A stretch of DNA of 64,000 nt from an uncultured Acidimicrobiales bacterium (GTDB taxonomy: Bacteria; Actinomycetota; Acidimicrobiia; Acidimicrobiales; CAZWDB01), in assembly GCA_964632885.1 (NCBI GenBank), contig CAZWDB010000004.1:11892-75891 (forward strand), given 5' to 3'. Positions 16,993 to 25,555 of the stretch are shown here, one piece after another. Every line of letters begins with the position of its first letter. Position 1 is the first letter of the stretch. The position numbers were made by a program, and so were the translations under genes. The notes beneath the pieces are model-generated. The model was not told the origin of the DNA, did not search any database, and saw only the letters and a list, made by a program, of their open reading frames with translations.

Positions 16993-19656
16993 GTGATGAC
17001 TATGGGTCGCATCCCCCAGCGACCAGTCTCGACCGCTGGCCACCGATGCCCTGTCCGCGGGCCGCTGCGCGCCTTGTCGCGCCACGATGTGGCCCGCGTG
17101 CTCGGTGCGCTCGATCGGTCAAAGCGGACCGCGCTCTTCCGGGCGGCGGGGCTCCGCCTCAGCCCCGGCCGCGCCGCCGACCGGGCTCCAGACCTGGTAC
17201 GGGCCAGGTTGCGGTCGCTCGACGACACCGCGGCCCACAACGTCGCGGTTGCGTGCGTCGACCTCCTTCGCGCCGCTCTCGCCGACTTCACGTGGGACTG
17301 CGACGACGACGACGTCGTTCCCCAGATCGAGAGGCTGCTACCCGCCCTGCTCCGCGAGTGGTCGCCAAGTGTCCTCAGGCTCCTGTTCGCGACAGCAGCC
17401 GACATCGGAGCGATTGGTGGGGCCGAGCACAGTGCCATCACTGCCCTCATCGATTCCGCCGAGCGAGCGGCGCCAGTACCCGCGGAAGGGCCGCTACTCG
17501 CGGCGGACACGTCGGAGCCGAGTGCGCCGGAGTCGAGTGCGCCGGTTGCACCTGCACCCGCGACCAGCGACACCCGGCCGTCGGCGCTCGACGAGCTCGT
17601 GCGGTCCACCGCCCGACGCGGTGTCGACGTCGGGGCGGTCGTCGAAGAGCTACTCGACCTCGAGCCGCTGCGAGAGGGGTCGTGGTTCCTGGCCGGATTC
17701 GCCTCCGGCTGGAACAGCGCCACTCCGGCGCCCCCGACCACGACCACCGCGGCGACCGACGCCATGCTGCGCGGCAGGCTCGCCGCGCTCACCGAGCGGG
17801 GCGCAACGACCGAAGTGGCCGAGGTAGTTCGCCGCGCCCACGGCGCGATCGAGCGCATCCTCCGCACCTCTGAGGGGCAGCCCCTCGCGGCGGGGATCGT
17901 CTACGCCATGCTCGACGCGGATCCCAGCCGTGCGAGTGCACTCTTGCGGCTCCCCTCCGAACCTTTCCCGGGCTACCGCGATGTGCTCGCGCATGCCGCT
18001 GACACCGCTCTCCGCCTCCTCGACAGGGGGCGGGTCGCCCTCGCCGAACAAATCCTGGCCGCGTGTGACGAGACCATCACGTTGTGGTCCGCGACGGCCC
18101 GCGACGAGACAGACGCGACCTCGTTGGAGCGGGCGGCCGCGGCGATCGCCATACGACGGGTATCGTGCCGGCGCCAGCGCAGCGACTTCGTTGGCGCGGC
18201 CGACATGCTCGACCGGGTTCCGCCTGACCGAGTGGCGAGAGACGACGCGGCTCGTGCGGCGGAGGAGCGCGCCCTGATCGCGGTGGAGCTCGGCGACCCC
18301 AGGTCGCTCGCGTTTCCGCGCCGGGCCGAGGACCGTGCGCGACTCTCGGCTCGGCTCGAGCGAGCCGAAGCCAGCATCGAGCACGCGGTGCGGGCCGCCC
18401 CAGACCGGGCCGCGCCCCACCTGCTGGCCGGACTGCTCGCCCTCACCCGGCGCGACGACCGCCGGGCGTCGGTGGAGCTGGGGATGGCCAAGGCCACGTG
18501 GCCATCCGTCACCCCCGAAGCCGACCGGGACACGGAGCCCGCGGGAGCCGAGGCCGGTCACCTCGCTGCTATCGGCTTCCATGCCGCCTTGGCCCGCGCC
18601 CGTCTCCTCGAGCCCGGCACCGACGAGGCGGCCGCCACCGCGATGCTCGACGCCCTGGCAGCCGGCTACCAGCCCGGTCCGGACCACCTGGCCGAGGCCA
18701 TCCACGCGCTCGAAGCCCACGGCGCACCCCAAGCCGCCGACATCGCGGTCGCCGCCTTCGGCACCTCCCCCACCAACACTGCCGCCGTCAACGCGCTCAT
18801 CCGCCACGCCCAGCTAGGTCACCCCAGCGCGGTAGCCGCCGCGGGAGCCGTAACCGACGAGGAGCGCGTCAGCCTGGCCGACCGCTTCGAGATCCTGAGC
18901 GCCGCCGCTCGCGGCGCCCACACCGCGGGCGCACCGGACGAGCTCGACGTGGCCGTCGACGGGGTGGAGCGCGTCCTCACCAGGGTGTGCGACCCGGCGC
19001 TCGAGCTGCGGTGGGCGGTAAGCCTTGGTACCGGGCCGCTCCGTGACGCAGTAGGACCACTGTACGCCGACGCCAGGCGAGTCGATCTGCTACGTCGAGC
19101 AGGCGCGCCGGACGAGGCCGCGGCCATCACCCGCGGGCTGTTCTACCGGGCGGCGGCCGACAGAGAGGCCCCCCTCGACGCCCACGATCTCCTCGAGCTG
19201 ATGGGCGAGCTCGGGGTCGACGACGAGGAGTTGGCGTCGCTGGCTCGTCTGGTCCCCGCCGCCTCGGGAGCGCCCGCCTCGTCGGCAACTGCGGACGAGG
19301 CGTCAGTAAGGCTTCGCCGGGTGGTGAAGGTGCTCTTCGTCGGCGGCAACGAAGTCCAGGCGCGGTACCACGCGGCCGTCGATGACCACCTTGGATCCAC
19401 CTACGGCGGGCAGGTCAGCGTCGAGTGGTTCACCCCGGGCTGGTCGGCGAACTGGGGCCAGGAGGCGGCACGCGTCGAGGCCGCCTACCCAACGAGCGAC
19501 GCCCTCGTCCTGATGTCGTTCGTGCGGACGCTCCTCGGTCGTCGGCTCCGGCGGACCGCAGGCGAAGCCGGGCTCCCGTGGATCGCTTGTACCGGCCACG
19601 GGCGAGCATCGCTCGAGCGAGCGGTGGAGCGGGCCGTCGCGGTAGTGGCCCGGTAG
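16993..19656 (+). CDS. Large alpha-helical hypothetical protein with a DUF2325-like C-terminal domain
   Basis: 887-aa ORF with Ala/Leu/Arg-rich helical content. The C-terminus VKVLFVGGNEVQARYH...SDALVLMSFVRTLLGRRLRR...GLPWIACTGHGRASLERAV resembles DUF2325. Confidence 0.7.
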   Translation: MMTMGRIPQRPVSTAGHRCPVRGPLRALSRHDVARVLGALDRSKRTALFRAAGLRLSPGRAADRAPDLVRARLRSLDDTAAHNVAVACVDLLRAALADFTWDCDDDDVVPQIERLLPALLREWSPSVLRLLFATAADIGAIGGAEHSAITALIDSAERAAPVPAEGPLLAADTSEPSAPESSAPVAPAPATSDTRPSALDELVRSTARRGVDVGAVVEELLDLEPLREGSWFLAGFASGWNSATPAPPTTTTAATDAMLRGRLAALTERGATTEVAEVVRRAHGAIERILRTSEGQPLAAGIVYAMLDADPSRASALLRLPSEPFPGYRDVLAHAADTALRLLDRGRVALAEQILAACDETITLWSATARDETDATSLERAAAAIAIRRVSCRRQRSDFVGAADMLDRVPPDRVARDDAARAAEERALIAVELGDPRSLAFPRRAEDRARLSARLERAEASIEHAVRAAPDRAAPHLLAGLLALTRRDDRRASVELGMAKATWPSVTPEADRDTEPAGAEAGHLAAIGFHAALARARLLEPGTDEAAATAMLDALAAGYQPGPDHLAEAIHALEAHGAPQAADIAVAAFGTSPTNTAAVNALIRHAQLGHPSAVAAAGAVTDEERVSLADRFEILSAAARGAHTAGAPDELDVAVDGVERVLTRVCDPALELRWAVSLGTGPLRDAVGPLYADARRVDLLRRAGAPDEAAAITRGLFYRAAADREAPLDAHDLLELMGELGVDDEELASLARLVPAASGAPASSATADEASVRLRRVVKVLFVGGNEVQARYHAAVDDHLGSTYGGQVSVEWFTPGWSANWGQEAARVEAAYPTSDALVLMSFVRTLLGRRLRRTAGEAGLPWIACTGHGRASLERAVERAVAVVAR

Positions 19657-19802
19657 GGGCTGGCCGTGTCGCACCTGGGAATTACAGTCATGGCATTCGG
19701 AGGTCTCCCTCCCCTTCGCGGGCAGCGCTGCCCGCCTCAGCAGATCGCCCTCGCTCGGGTGACCCCGCCCCGGGCGCGCACATATAAAGAGGAGAGCCCG
19801 CG

Positions 19803-20171
19803 ATGAGCGGCCACCAGGGCGAGAACGACCCGGTTGAGGCGATCCGCGCGCGCCGCGTCGAGCTCGTGGACGAGCACGGTGTGGTGCGCGCCGTGGTCGG
19901 CGACCTTACCGACGACGACGTGGGCGGTCCCGGCACCTTCGGGTTCGGCGTGCTGGGCACTGACGGCCGGATGCGGGTCTGGCTTGCCCTCGACCCGTCA
20001 GGCCCGGTGCTCGTGTTCGACCAAGCCGGGAACGTCGCCCTCCAGCTTGGTGTCAGCGACCCCGGAACCGACCTGAAGCACCCAGGCGCCCACTTCTTCC
20101 TGGCATCCGCCGAGGGCGAGCCGCGGATCGGCTGGAGGATCGAAGGCACCTCCGTCCGCCGCCTCGGCTAG
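19803..20171 (+). CDS. Hypothetical protein (122 aa)
   Basis: ATG is preceded by AAGAGGAGA with 8-nt spacing. Codon usage looks plausible. No family recognised. Confidence 0.6.
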   Translation: MSGHQGENDPVEAIRARRVELVDEHGVVRAVVGDLTDDDVGGPGTFGFGVLGTDGRMRVWLALDPSGPVLVFDQAGNVALQLGVSDPGTDLKHPGAHFFLASAEGEPRIGWRIEGTSVRRLG

Positions 20172-20214
20172 CGCCCCTCACTACCGCGCTCGGCGAGCTG
20201 CTACTCATAGGCTG

Positions 20215-20245
20215 TAGACGCAAAGTCATCACCACAGCCTGAATG
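20215..20245 (+). promoter_or_regulatory. Putative promoter of XRE gene 1 (TAGACGCAA ... TGAATG)
   Basis: TAGACGCAA at 20215-20223 and TGAATG at 20240-20245, 7 nt before GTG 20253. The same pair of elements precedes XRE gene 2. Confidence 0.3.
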
Positions 20246-20252
20246 AGGGCTG

Positions 20253-20507
20253 GTGGCCAAGACTGCGGTACTCGACGAATTCGGGAGCCGGGTGCGCGCC
20301 CGGCGGCTTGAGCTTGCGCTGTCCCAGGAGGACCTGGGGGAGCGCTGCGGGCTGCATCGCACCTACATAGGTTCGATCGAGCGGGGCGAACGCAACATCT
20401 CGCTGGCGAACATCGTCCGCGTCGCGGCCGCCCTCGGTGTCGACCCCAGTCAGCTCGTCCGCGGGCTGAGCGAGCAGCCGGAGGGGCGGCGCGCCCGCTC
20501 ACGTTAG
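20253..20507 (+). CDS. XRE-family helix-turn-helix transcriptional regulator
   Basis: RARRLELALSQEDLGERCGLHRTYIGSIERGERNISLANIVRVAAALGV is a classic HTH_3/XRE pattern. Confidence 0.9.
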   Translation: MAKTAVLDEFGSRVRARRLELALSQEDLGERCGLHRTYIGSIERGERNISLANIVRVAAALGVDPSQLVRGLSEQPEGRRARSR

Positions 20508-20548
20508 CGAGCGATCTCGGACCGTGTGGAACCGGCTGGCCGTCCGTT

Positions 20549-20592
20549 CTGGCCGCGGGATCCCGCCAGATCTGGCGGGATCCCGCGGCCAG
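20549..20592. repeat. 44-bp perfect palindrome (hairpin/terminator or operator)
   Basis: CTGGCCGCGGGATCCCGCCAGATCTGGCGGGATCCCGCGGCCAG equals its own reverse complement. It lies 42 nt after the XRE1 stop and 157 nt before the XRE2 start. Confidence 0.9.
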
Positions 20593-20709
20593 TTCGCTCG
20601 GCGGAACCCGGCGCGGGACGCAGAGGCGTCTCCCGCCGCGCCCGCTGAGGTTGACCGTGCGAGGCCTGCCGACGCGTTGCCGATGTTCCGCGATGAGCAA
20701 AGCGCCGTA

Positions 20710-20739
20710 TAGACGCAACGTCGTCGGCCCTGCTGAAAT
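20710..20739 (+). promoter_or_regulatory. Putative promoter of XRE gene 2 (TAGACGCAA ... TGAAAT)
   Basis: TAGACGCAA at 20710-20718 and TGAAAT at 20734-20739, 9 nt before ATG 20749. Confidence 0.3.
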
Positions 20740-20748
20740 GCTCGCCCA

Positions 20749-20994
20749 ATGACCAGCACACTTCGCGACCCGATGACTGAGGTTGGCGCCCGCGTCCGGA
20801 CGCGCCGCCTCGAGCTCGAGCTCTCGCAGGAGCAGCTCGCCGACCGGTGCGAGATGCATCGCACCTACGTCGGCTCCCTGGAGCGGGGAGAACGCAACGT
20901 CTCGCTCCGCAATATCCTCCGCCTCGCCGCCGCCTTATCTGTCGACCCGGGCGAGCTGGTCGGTGGGCTCAGCCAGGAGGGAACCCACCCGTGA
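20749..20994 (+). CDS. XRE-family helix-turn-helix transcriptional regulator (paralog of 20253-20507)
   Basis: RTRRLELELSQEQLADRCEMHRTYVGSLERGERNVSLRNILRLAAALSV. Confidence 0.9.
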   Translation: MTSTLRDPMTEVGARVRTRRLELELSQEQLADRCEMHRTYVGSLERGERNVSLRNILRLAAALSVDPGELVGGLSQEGTHP

Positions 20995-21049
20995 GCCGAG
21001 GTTGTGATCGTTGGTGACACTACCTTCGGTAGAAGTATCTGAGGGTCAA

Positions 21050-22108
21050 CCTCCCAGACCGGTGACCTGTTCGCCGAGACGGCGCCGCAGAGTTGGGACG
21101 CCCTGTTCAGGATCCTCGCCGAGGCAGTCGGTGAGGACCTCCGCCATCGTCGTGGTCAACGAGGACCTGGCGATGATCGAGGGCGCTCAACACGCACGGA
21201 CGGGCCTTCTTCCAGCGGGGGACCGACTCGCCGTGATGCCGCTCAGCCCGCCAGAGGCGGACGAAATCACACGTGCCGCGCTCCCGAGGCTTTCGACAGC
21301 TTCTTCGTCACCGGCGGCCTCCCCATGATCTGTGACGAGTGGCCCGCGGCAGGAGCATCTGGCGCAACCTCGAAGACGCGCTCACCACCCGACCTCCGCT
21401 CTGATAGTCCGCACCGAGCGCGCGCTGGCAGCGGAGTTCCCCGAAGACGCGCAGGCGCGGGCCGTGCTCGGCCGGATCGGCGCGGGCGAGACCACGTTCT
21501 CGCACACTGCCCGCGCGCCGGAGGGCTGCAGGCGTCATGGCTCACGCGGTCGCTCGACACGCTCATCACCAAGCACTGTCGTCGTTCGGGGACTGCCGCT
21601 GTCGACCAAGCCGAGCCGCGAGGCTCGCTACCGGGTCGCGGACTCATCTCTGCGCTTCAGGCTCCGATTCGTCGGGCCCAACCTGGGCGAGATCGAGCCC
21701 GGCAGAGACGATCGGGGCGTCGCACGCGTGAAGGCGGACTGGCCGCCGTGGCGGGGCCGCGCCATCGAGCCCGTCATACGCGAAGCGCTTTCCCGCCTCT
21801 CTCCGCTGCCAGGCTTGCCGGCAGCCGCCGCCGTCGGCGGTTACTGGACTCGGACGAACGTCCCGGAGATCGACCTGATCGGCGCCGACCGCGCGCCCGT
21901 CGCCAAGGCGATCACCTATGCAGGCACGATCAAATGGCACGACAACGCCCCGCTGGGTAACCGGTATTTCCGCCAGCTCGCGGCCGACGTCGCGAGCCTG
22001 CCCGGAGCCGATGCGACGCCGCGCCGGCTCGCTGTGAGCCGAAGCGGTGTGTCCGCGCCCGGCGCAGCCGCCAGGCTCGGGCCTGACGACCTCATCGCGG
22101 CGTGGTAA
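21050..22108 (+). pseudogene. Decayed DUF234-type (archaeal-ATPase-like) ATPase lacking the Walker A region
   Basis: Family-like pieces lie in different frames: SAIVVVNEDLAMIEG and LAVMPLSPPEADEI (frame of ORF 21011-21328), GGLQASWLTRSLDTLITKH (ORF 21325-21960), ARYRVADSSLRFRLRFVGP and the DUF234-like tail EIDLIGADRAPVAKAITYAGTIKW (ORF 21332-22108). Confidence 0.6.
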
Positions 22109-22166
22109 GGCCGTCGCCGAGCCGATCACCGGTGGAGCATGCCGCCCGACGACGTTGCCGCTCGGG

Positions 22167-22892
22167 CTAGACGATGTGTGACCGCTCGATGGTTACATCG
22201 GCCACCAGGGCGGTCCATGTGGCAATGATCTCCTCGTGACTTGCGCCATGCCTGAATAGGTCCTTGTCTAGCGGGTGACCCGCCGTGTCGCGCAGCCGCA
22301 TGCAGTCCGGTGAGATCTCGGAAAGCAAGAGCAGCCGACCTGTGGAATCACGTCCAACGACGACGCAGAAGTCCAGCAACTCACGAGGAGCCAGCCACGC
22401 GCCCACTGTCGAGTTGACTCCCAGGGCGATCGCCTTCAGGTCATCGACAGGCCAGCCTGCGGCGCGAACGTAGTCGTCCGCAATCGGTTGGTCCTCTGGA
22501 TCGATCCGAAAGTCGAACTTCACGACGGGGGGCTCGAATCGATGGCCGGCGGGGAAGAGTCCCGGATACTTGCGAGTGGTTGACCCTTGCGCCGCATTCT
22601 TGACGATCACCTCAAATGGAGGCGCAGTGCACCAGCGGGCGGTATACATCGCGGGTCCCACCCGCTGCCCGAAGGCATGCTCGATGCCAGCGCTCCGCAA
22701 CCGATCGATGGCAAGCTCAAAGAAGTCGAGCCGCAAGACCTCAGTACCTGGCACGTGCTCGTAACGCCCATAAGTAAAGCTACTCAGCGACGGCCGCAGC
22801 TCGACCAGACACAGGCCGTCATTGATCATCCACACCGACTTGCTGTGGCCGACTACCGCCGGTCGCGTCGCGGTCACCGACGCTACATCCAC
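22167..22892 (-). CDS. Divergent SAICAR-synthetase (PurC) family ligase
   Basis: FEVIVKNAAQGSTTRKYPG, PPVVKFDFRIDPEDQPIADDYVRAAGW and LLDFCVVVGRDSTGRLLLLSEISPDCMRLRD...DKDLFR line up with the E. coli PurC blocks VECVVRNRAAGS, PPLFDLFLKNDAMHDP and LVDFKLEFG...DEFSPDGSRLWD...DKDRFR. The GTG start has a TAGGAGAAG RBS. Confidence 0.75.
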   Translation of the reverse strand: MDVASVTATRPAVVGHSKSVWMINDGLCLVELRPSLSSFTYGRYEHVPGTEVLRLDFFELAIDRLRSAGIEHAFGQRVGPAMYTARWCTAPPFEVIVKNAAQGSTTRKYPGLFPAGHRFEPPVVKFDFRIDPEDQPIADDYVRAAGWPVDDLKAIALGVNSTVGAWLAPRELLDFCVVVGRDSTGRLLLLSEISPDCMRLRDTAGHPLDKDLFRHGASHEEIIATWTALVADVTIERSHIV

Positions 22893-22909
22893 CTGTTTAC
22901 TTCTCCTAC

Positions 22910-24784
22910 CTACCTACGGAAGAGGTCGACCGATTCGAGCGGGAAGCCACACCGTTGGTAGCCCTCTCGGACGCGCTCCTTGATCTGCGCTGCCTTAAGG
23001 TATGCCTCGAGATCACCAAGCCAGCCAGCGTGGAAGGTCTGGACTTCTTGGGACGCGGCGTCAACACGAAGCCGTTCACAGACGTCAACCAAGCCGTCGA
23101 AATAGTCGAGGCACATCGCGTCCAGCCTGCGCCGCACCAACTGGAGGGCGTCGGAGTCCTCGACACTAAAGCCGTATCGCGCGGCAGCCTTCTCGAGCGT
23201 CCGCACCGCGTCACGCGCTCCATTGACCTCGCCGAAGAACGAGTTCACCCAGTCGTCGAGACCCTCGATCTGAGAGCGCTTGAATCGCCAGCCATCGCGG
23301 TGCATGGGATCCAGCAGGCCGAGTCTCATCGTGTCCGCAACGACATCGGTACCTGCGTACAGCCGCAGTTTGCGTCGCAGCAGCTTCGGCGGAGCCTCGT
23401 AGCGTCGGATGAACGCCGACGAGGCACGTAGCGAGTCGAACGACGTCAGCGGATGCCATGTGATGTAACCCAACATGATGCGGAGGTCGGCGTCCACTGC
23501 CGGCGAGTAGCCGAGTTCGAGCAGCGTGTCCAGGGCGGCGAAGATCTGGTCAACGGACAAGTCCTTGTCGAAGAAGTCGAGGTCCTCGTCCGACACCGAC
23601 TCAATCCCGAAGTAGATACCAGTGAGCCCTGCCTGCTTGAAATGCGCGAACAACTCCCGGTCGACGGCGTCAGCCCTGCAGAAGAACGTGAACTGGACGG
23701 GATGGTCGAGGGCGATGATCTCGTCGCACAGATCATGCAGGCGACGCCGGCCAGCGCGGCTCTTTATGATGAAGTTGTCGTCTTCGAAGTTGAACGCGGC
23801 TGTGCCGTACGACTCGTACATCTCCGTGATCTCGCCTAGGACACTGGCGTTTGATCTCTGGCGATGATTCCGGCCCTCCTGGAGTGCCTCATACTTCACT
23901 ACGGAGCAGAAGGAACAGCGGTAGAAGCATCCCCGGCTTGCCAGGACGGACGCGGGGATTCTGTCCCCGTAGCGTTGGATGTAGTTCAGATACACGTCTC
24001 TCGCCATGGTCGGAAGCCGATCGAGGTCCGGGATCTTTGGTGGCAGTGGGTTTCTGACGATTCGTCCGCCTGCTCCGAGGTAAGCGACTGCTGGCACCAC
24101 GCGCCAGTCCTGACTGGTGAGGACCCGTTCCACGAGAGCGGGCAAGGTGTCATCCGCTTCGCCGATCAAGTACGTGTCAATCTGCGACGCAACCGCTAGG
24201 TACTCCGCGGACTTGTCGAAGTACGGGCTCGGTCCGTTGGCGATGCCCGTCGAGCACCTCGGATCCGGAGCTACAGGCAACAGGCGCCGCCCCGCTATGC
24301 CGTCGTCGTCGATGTCGCCGGCACCCTTTCCGCGGTCGGTTAGCGCTGCGTCGACGATGGCTCCGACCACAGGTGACTTCGGTGCTCGCGAAGCCGCGAG
24401 AGGCACCGCCACGGGCGGAGCAGCAGTTGCTTCGGCTGGAGCCTCTGACTCTGACATCTGGTCGACGCTGATGCTGGGGCCGTGCCCGCCGACTACCAGG
24501 AATCTGTCGGGACAGCGGGCGCGGACCTTGGTGACAAACTCAAGGACGTCCTCGACATGCTTGTCTCGAAGCATCGACACCCCAACGATCCTCGAAGGCA
24601 CGCTCGCGATCTGATCGACAGTCTCATCGATGGTCCATCCGTCGAGGGATGGCTCAAGGATCTCGACGGTGAAGCCTCGGTCCCGCAAGCTCGCAGTGAG
24701 GATGGCCACACCCATCGGCTCCGCGATCTTCGCGACGCCGAAAACCGAGCTGAGCAACACGATGTCGATAGGATGCTGGTCCAT
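22910..24784 (-). CDS. B12-binding-domain radical SAM enzyme (class B-like)
   Basis: ORF 22910-25327 trimmed to ATG 24784, preceded by GGGAGAAGGGA. The N-terminal Rossmann-like B12-binding region reads IDIVLLSS...IVGVSML...FLVVGGHGPS. The cluster motif is SRGCFYRCSFCSV (CxxxCxxC). Confidence 0.8.
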   Translation of the reverse strand: MDQHPIDIVLLSSVFGVAKIAEPMGVAILTASLRDRGFTVEILEPSLDGWTIDETVDQIASVPSRIVGVSMLRDKHVEDVLEFVTKVRARCPDRFLVVGGHGPSISVDQMSESEAPAEATAAPPVAVPLAASRAPKSPVVGAIVDAALTDRGKGAGDIDDDGIAGRRLLPVAPDPRCSTGIANGPSPYFDKSAEYLAVASQIDTYLIGEADDTLPALVERVLTSQDWRVVPAVAYLGAGGRIVRNPLPPKIPDLDRLPTMARDVYLNYIQRYGDRIPASVLASRGCFYRCSFCSVVKYEALQEGRNHRQRSNASVLGEITEMYESYGTAAFNFEDDNFIIKSRAGRRRLHDLCDEIIALDHPVQFTFFCRADAVDRELFAHFKQAGLTGIYFGIESVSDEDLDFFDKDLSVDQIFAALDTLLELGYSPAVDADLRIMLGYITWHPLTSFDSLRASSAFIRRYEAPPKLLRRKLRLYAGTDVVADTMRLGLLDPMHRDGWRFKRSQIEGLDDWVNSFFGEVNGARDAVRTLEKAAARYGFSVEDSDALQLVRRRLDAMCLDYFDGLVDVCERLRVDAASQEVQTFHAGWLGDLEAYLKAAQIKERVREGYQRCGFPLESVDLFRR

Positions 24785-25026
24785 CTCAGTGTCCCTTCTC
24801 CCGTTGCGCCTCGCCAATGCCCGCAACAGCCTTGTGGGGTGGAGGGCGCGGCGCGAGGTGCCGGGGTAACGCTCGCTCCACGCGGTCGGGATCCGCGTCT
24901 CGCCTGTCCGAGGCGGGAGTCCGCGACGCATCCCGCGCACACAAATCGCCGTTGCCCGCCCGACTGCATGCGCGGCCAGCGTTGCTTGCCCCCGCAGAGC
25001 ACACAGCTCGACGGAGCGGCTGCTGC

Positions 25027-25554
25027 TCAACCGCGAAGCCACGCGCCCAGGGTCGCTGACGTCTCCGCCACAGCATCGGCGAGCGACAGGTCCGTAGTGT
25101 CGAGCAGGAATGATCGTGGCGCGCGCGACGCCAATTCGCGGTAAAGCCGGTGGTAGTGCTCGTGCTTGGCTGGTTCGCCGGGATCCTCGCCGCGTTCGCG
25201 GAGGCGACGCATTGTTACGGGCGTCGACGCCCAGCACACGATGGTGGGCGGCAGCCCGTCGCTCTCCCAGTCGTGCCAAAATACTTCGGGCAGTACGGTG
25301 AACATTGTTGTCCAGTGTCGGTCGCACACGACGCCTTCGGCACCAGCCGATGCGAGAACGCGTTCCACCGCGGTCCGCGCAACGTCACTTGCAAGGGCGA
25401 ACCGCTTGTTCTGCCACAGCGAAGCGATGTAATCGCCCAGCGAGTCCGCAAACGGCCGGACGAAACGCAGGCTGTGCCGTTCTGCAACCGCCGCCCCAAT
25501 CGAACTCTTGCCAGAGCCATCGTGGCCGTCGATGGCGACTATGGTCCCCGCCAC
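25027..25554 (-). CDS. P-loop nucleoside/nucleotide kinase-like protein (dTMP-kinase-like Walker A)
   Basis: MAGTIVAIDGHDGSGKSSIGAAVAE; about 175 aa, the size typical of small NMP kinases. Confidence 0.7.
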   Translation of the reverse strand: MAGTIVAIDGHDGSGKSSIGAAVAERHSLRFVRPFADSLGDYIASLWQNKRFALASDVARTAVERVLASAGAEGVVCDRHWTTMFTVLPEVFWHDWESDGLPPTIVCWASTPVTMRRLRERGEDPGEPAKHEHYHRLYRELASRAPRSFLLDTTDLSLADAVAETSATLGAWLRG

Positions 25555-25555
25555 G

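Noticed and set aside
19719-19734. Palindrome CGGGCAGCGCTGCCCG as terminator of the 887-aa gene.
   Set aside because: It allows only about a 6-bp stem with a 4-nt loop and has no U-tract.
This is too weak to call.
24493-25002. 169-aa ORF starting with a CxxC...CxxC segment as a real zinc-ribbon gene.
   Set aside because: After about 75 codons it runs out of frame through nearly 300 nt of the radical SAM gene.
Only the short intergenic part is kept as a weak small-ORF candidate in the findings.
24785-25026. Cobalamin or SAM riboswitch in front of the B12-radical SAM gene.
   Set aside because: I could not find a B12-box-like core or the conserved SAM-I helices by eye.
An Infernal scan is needed before claiming any riboswitch.
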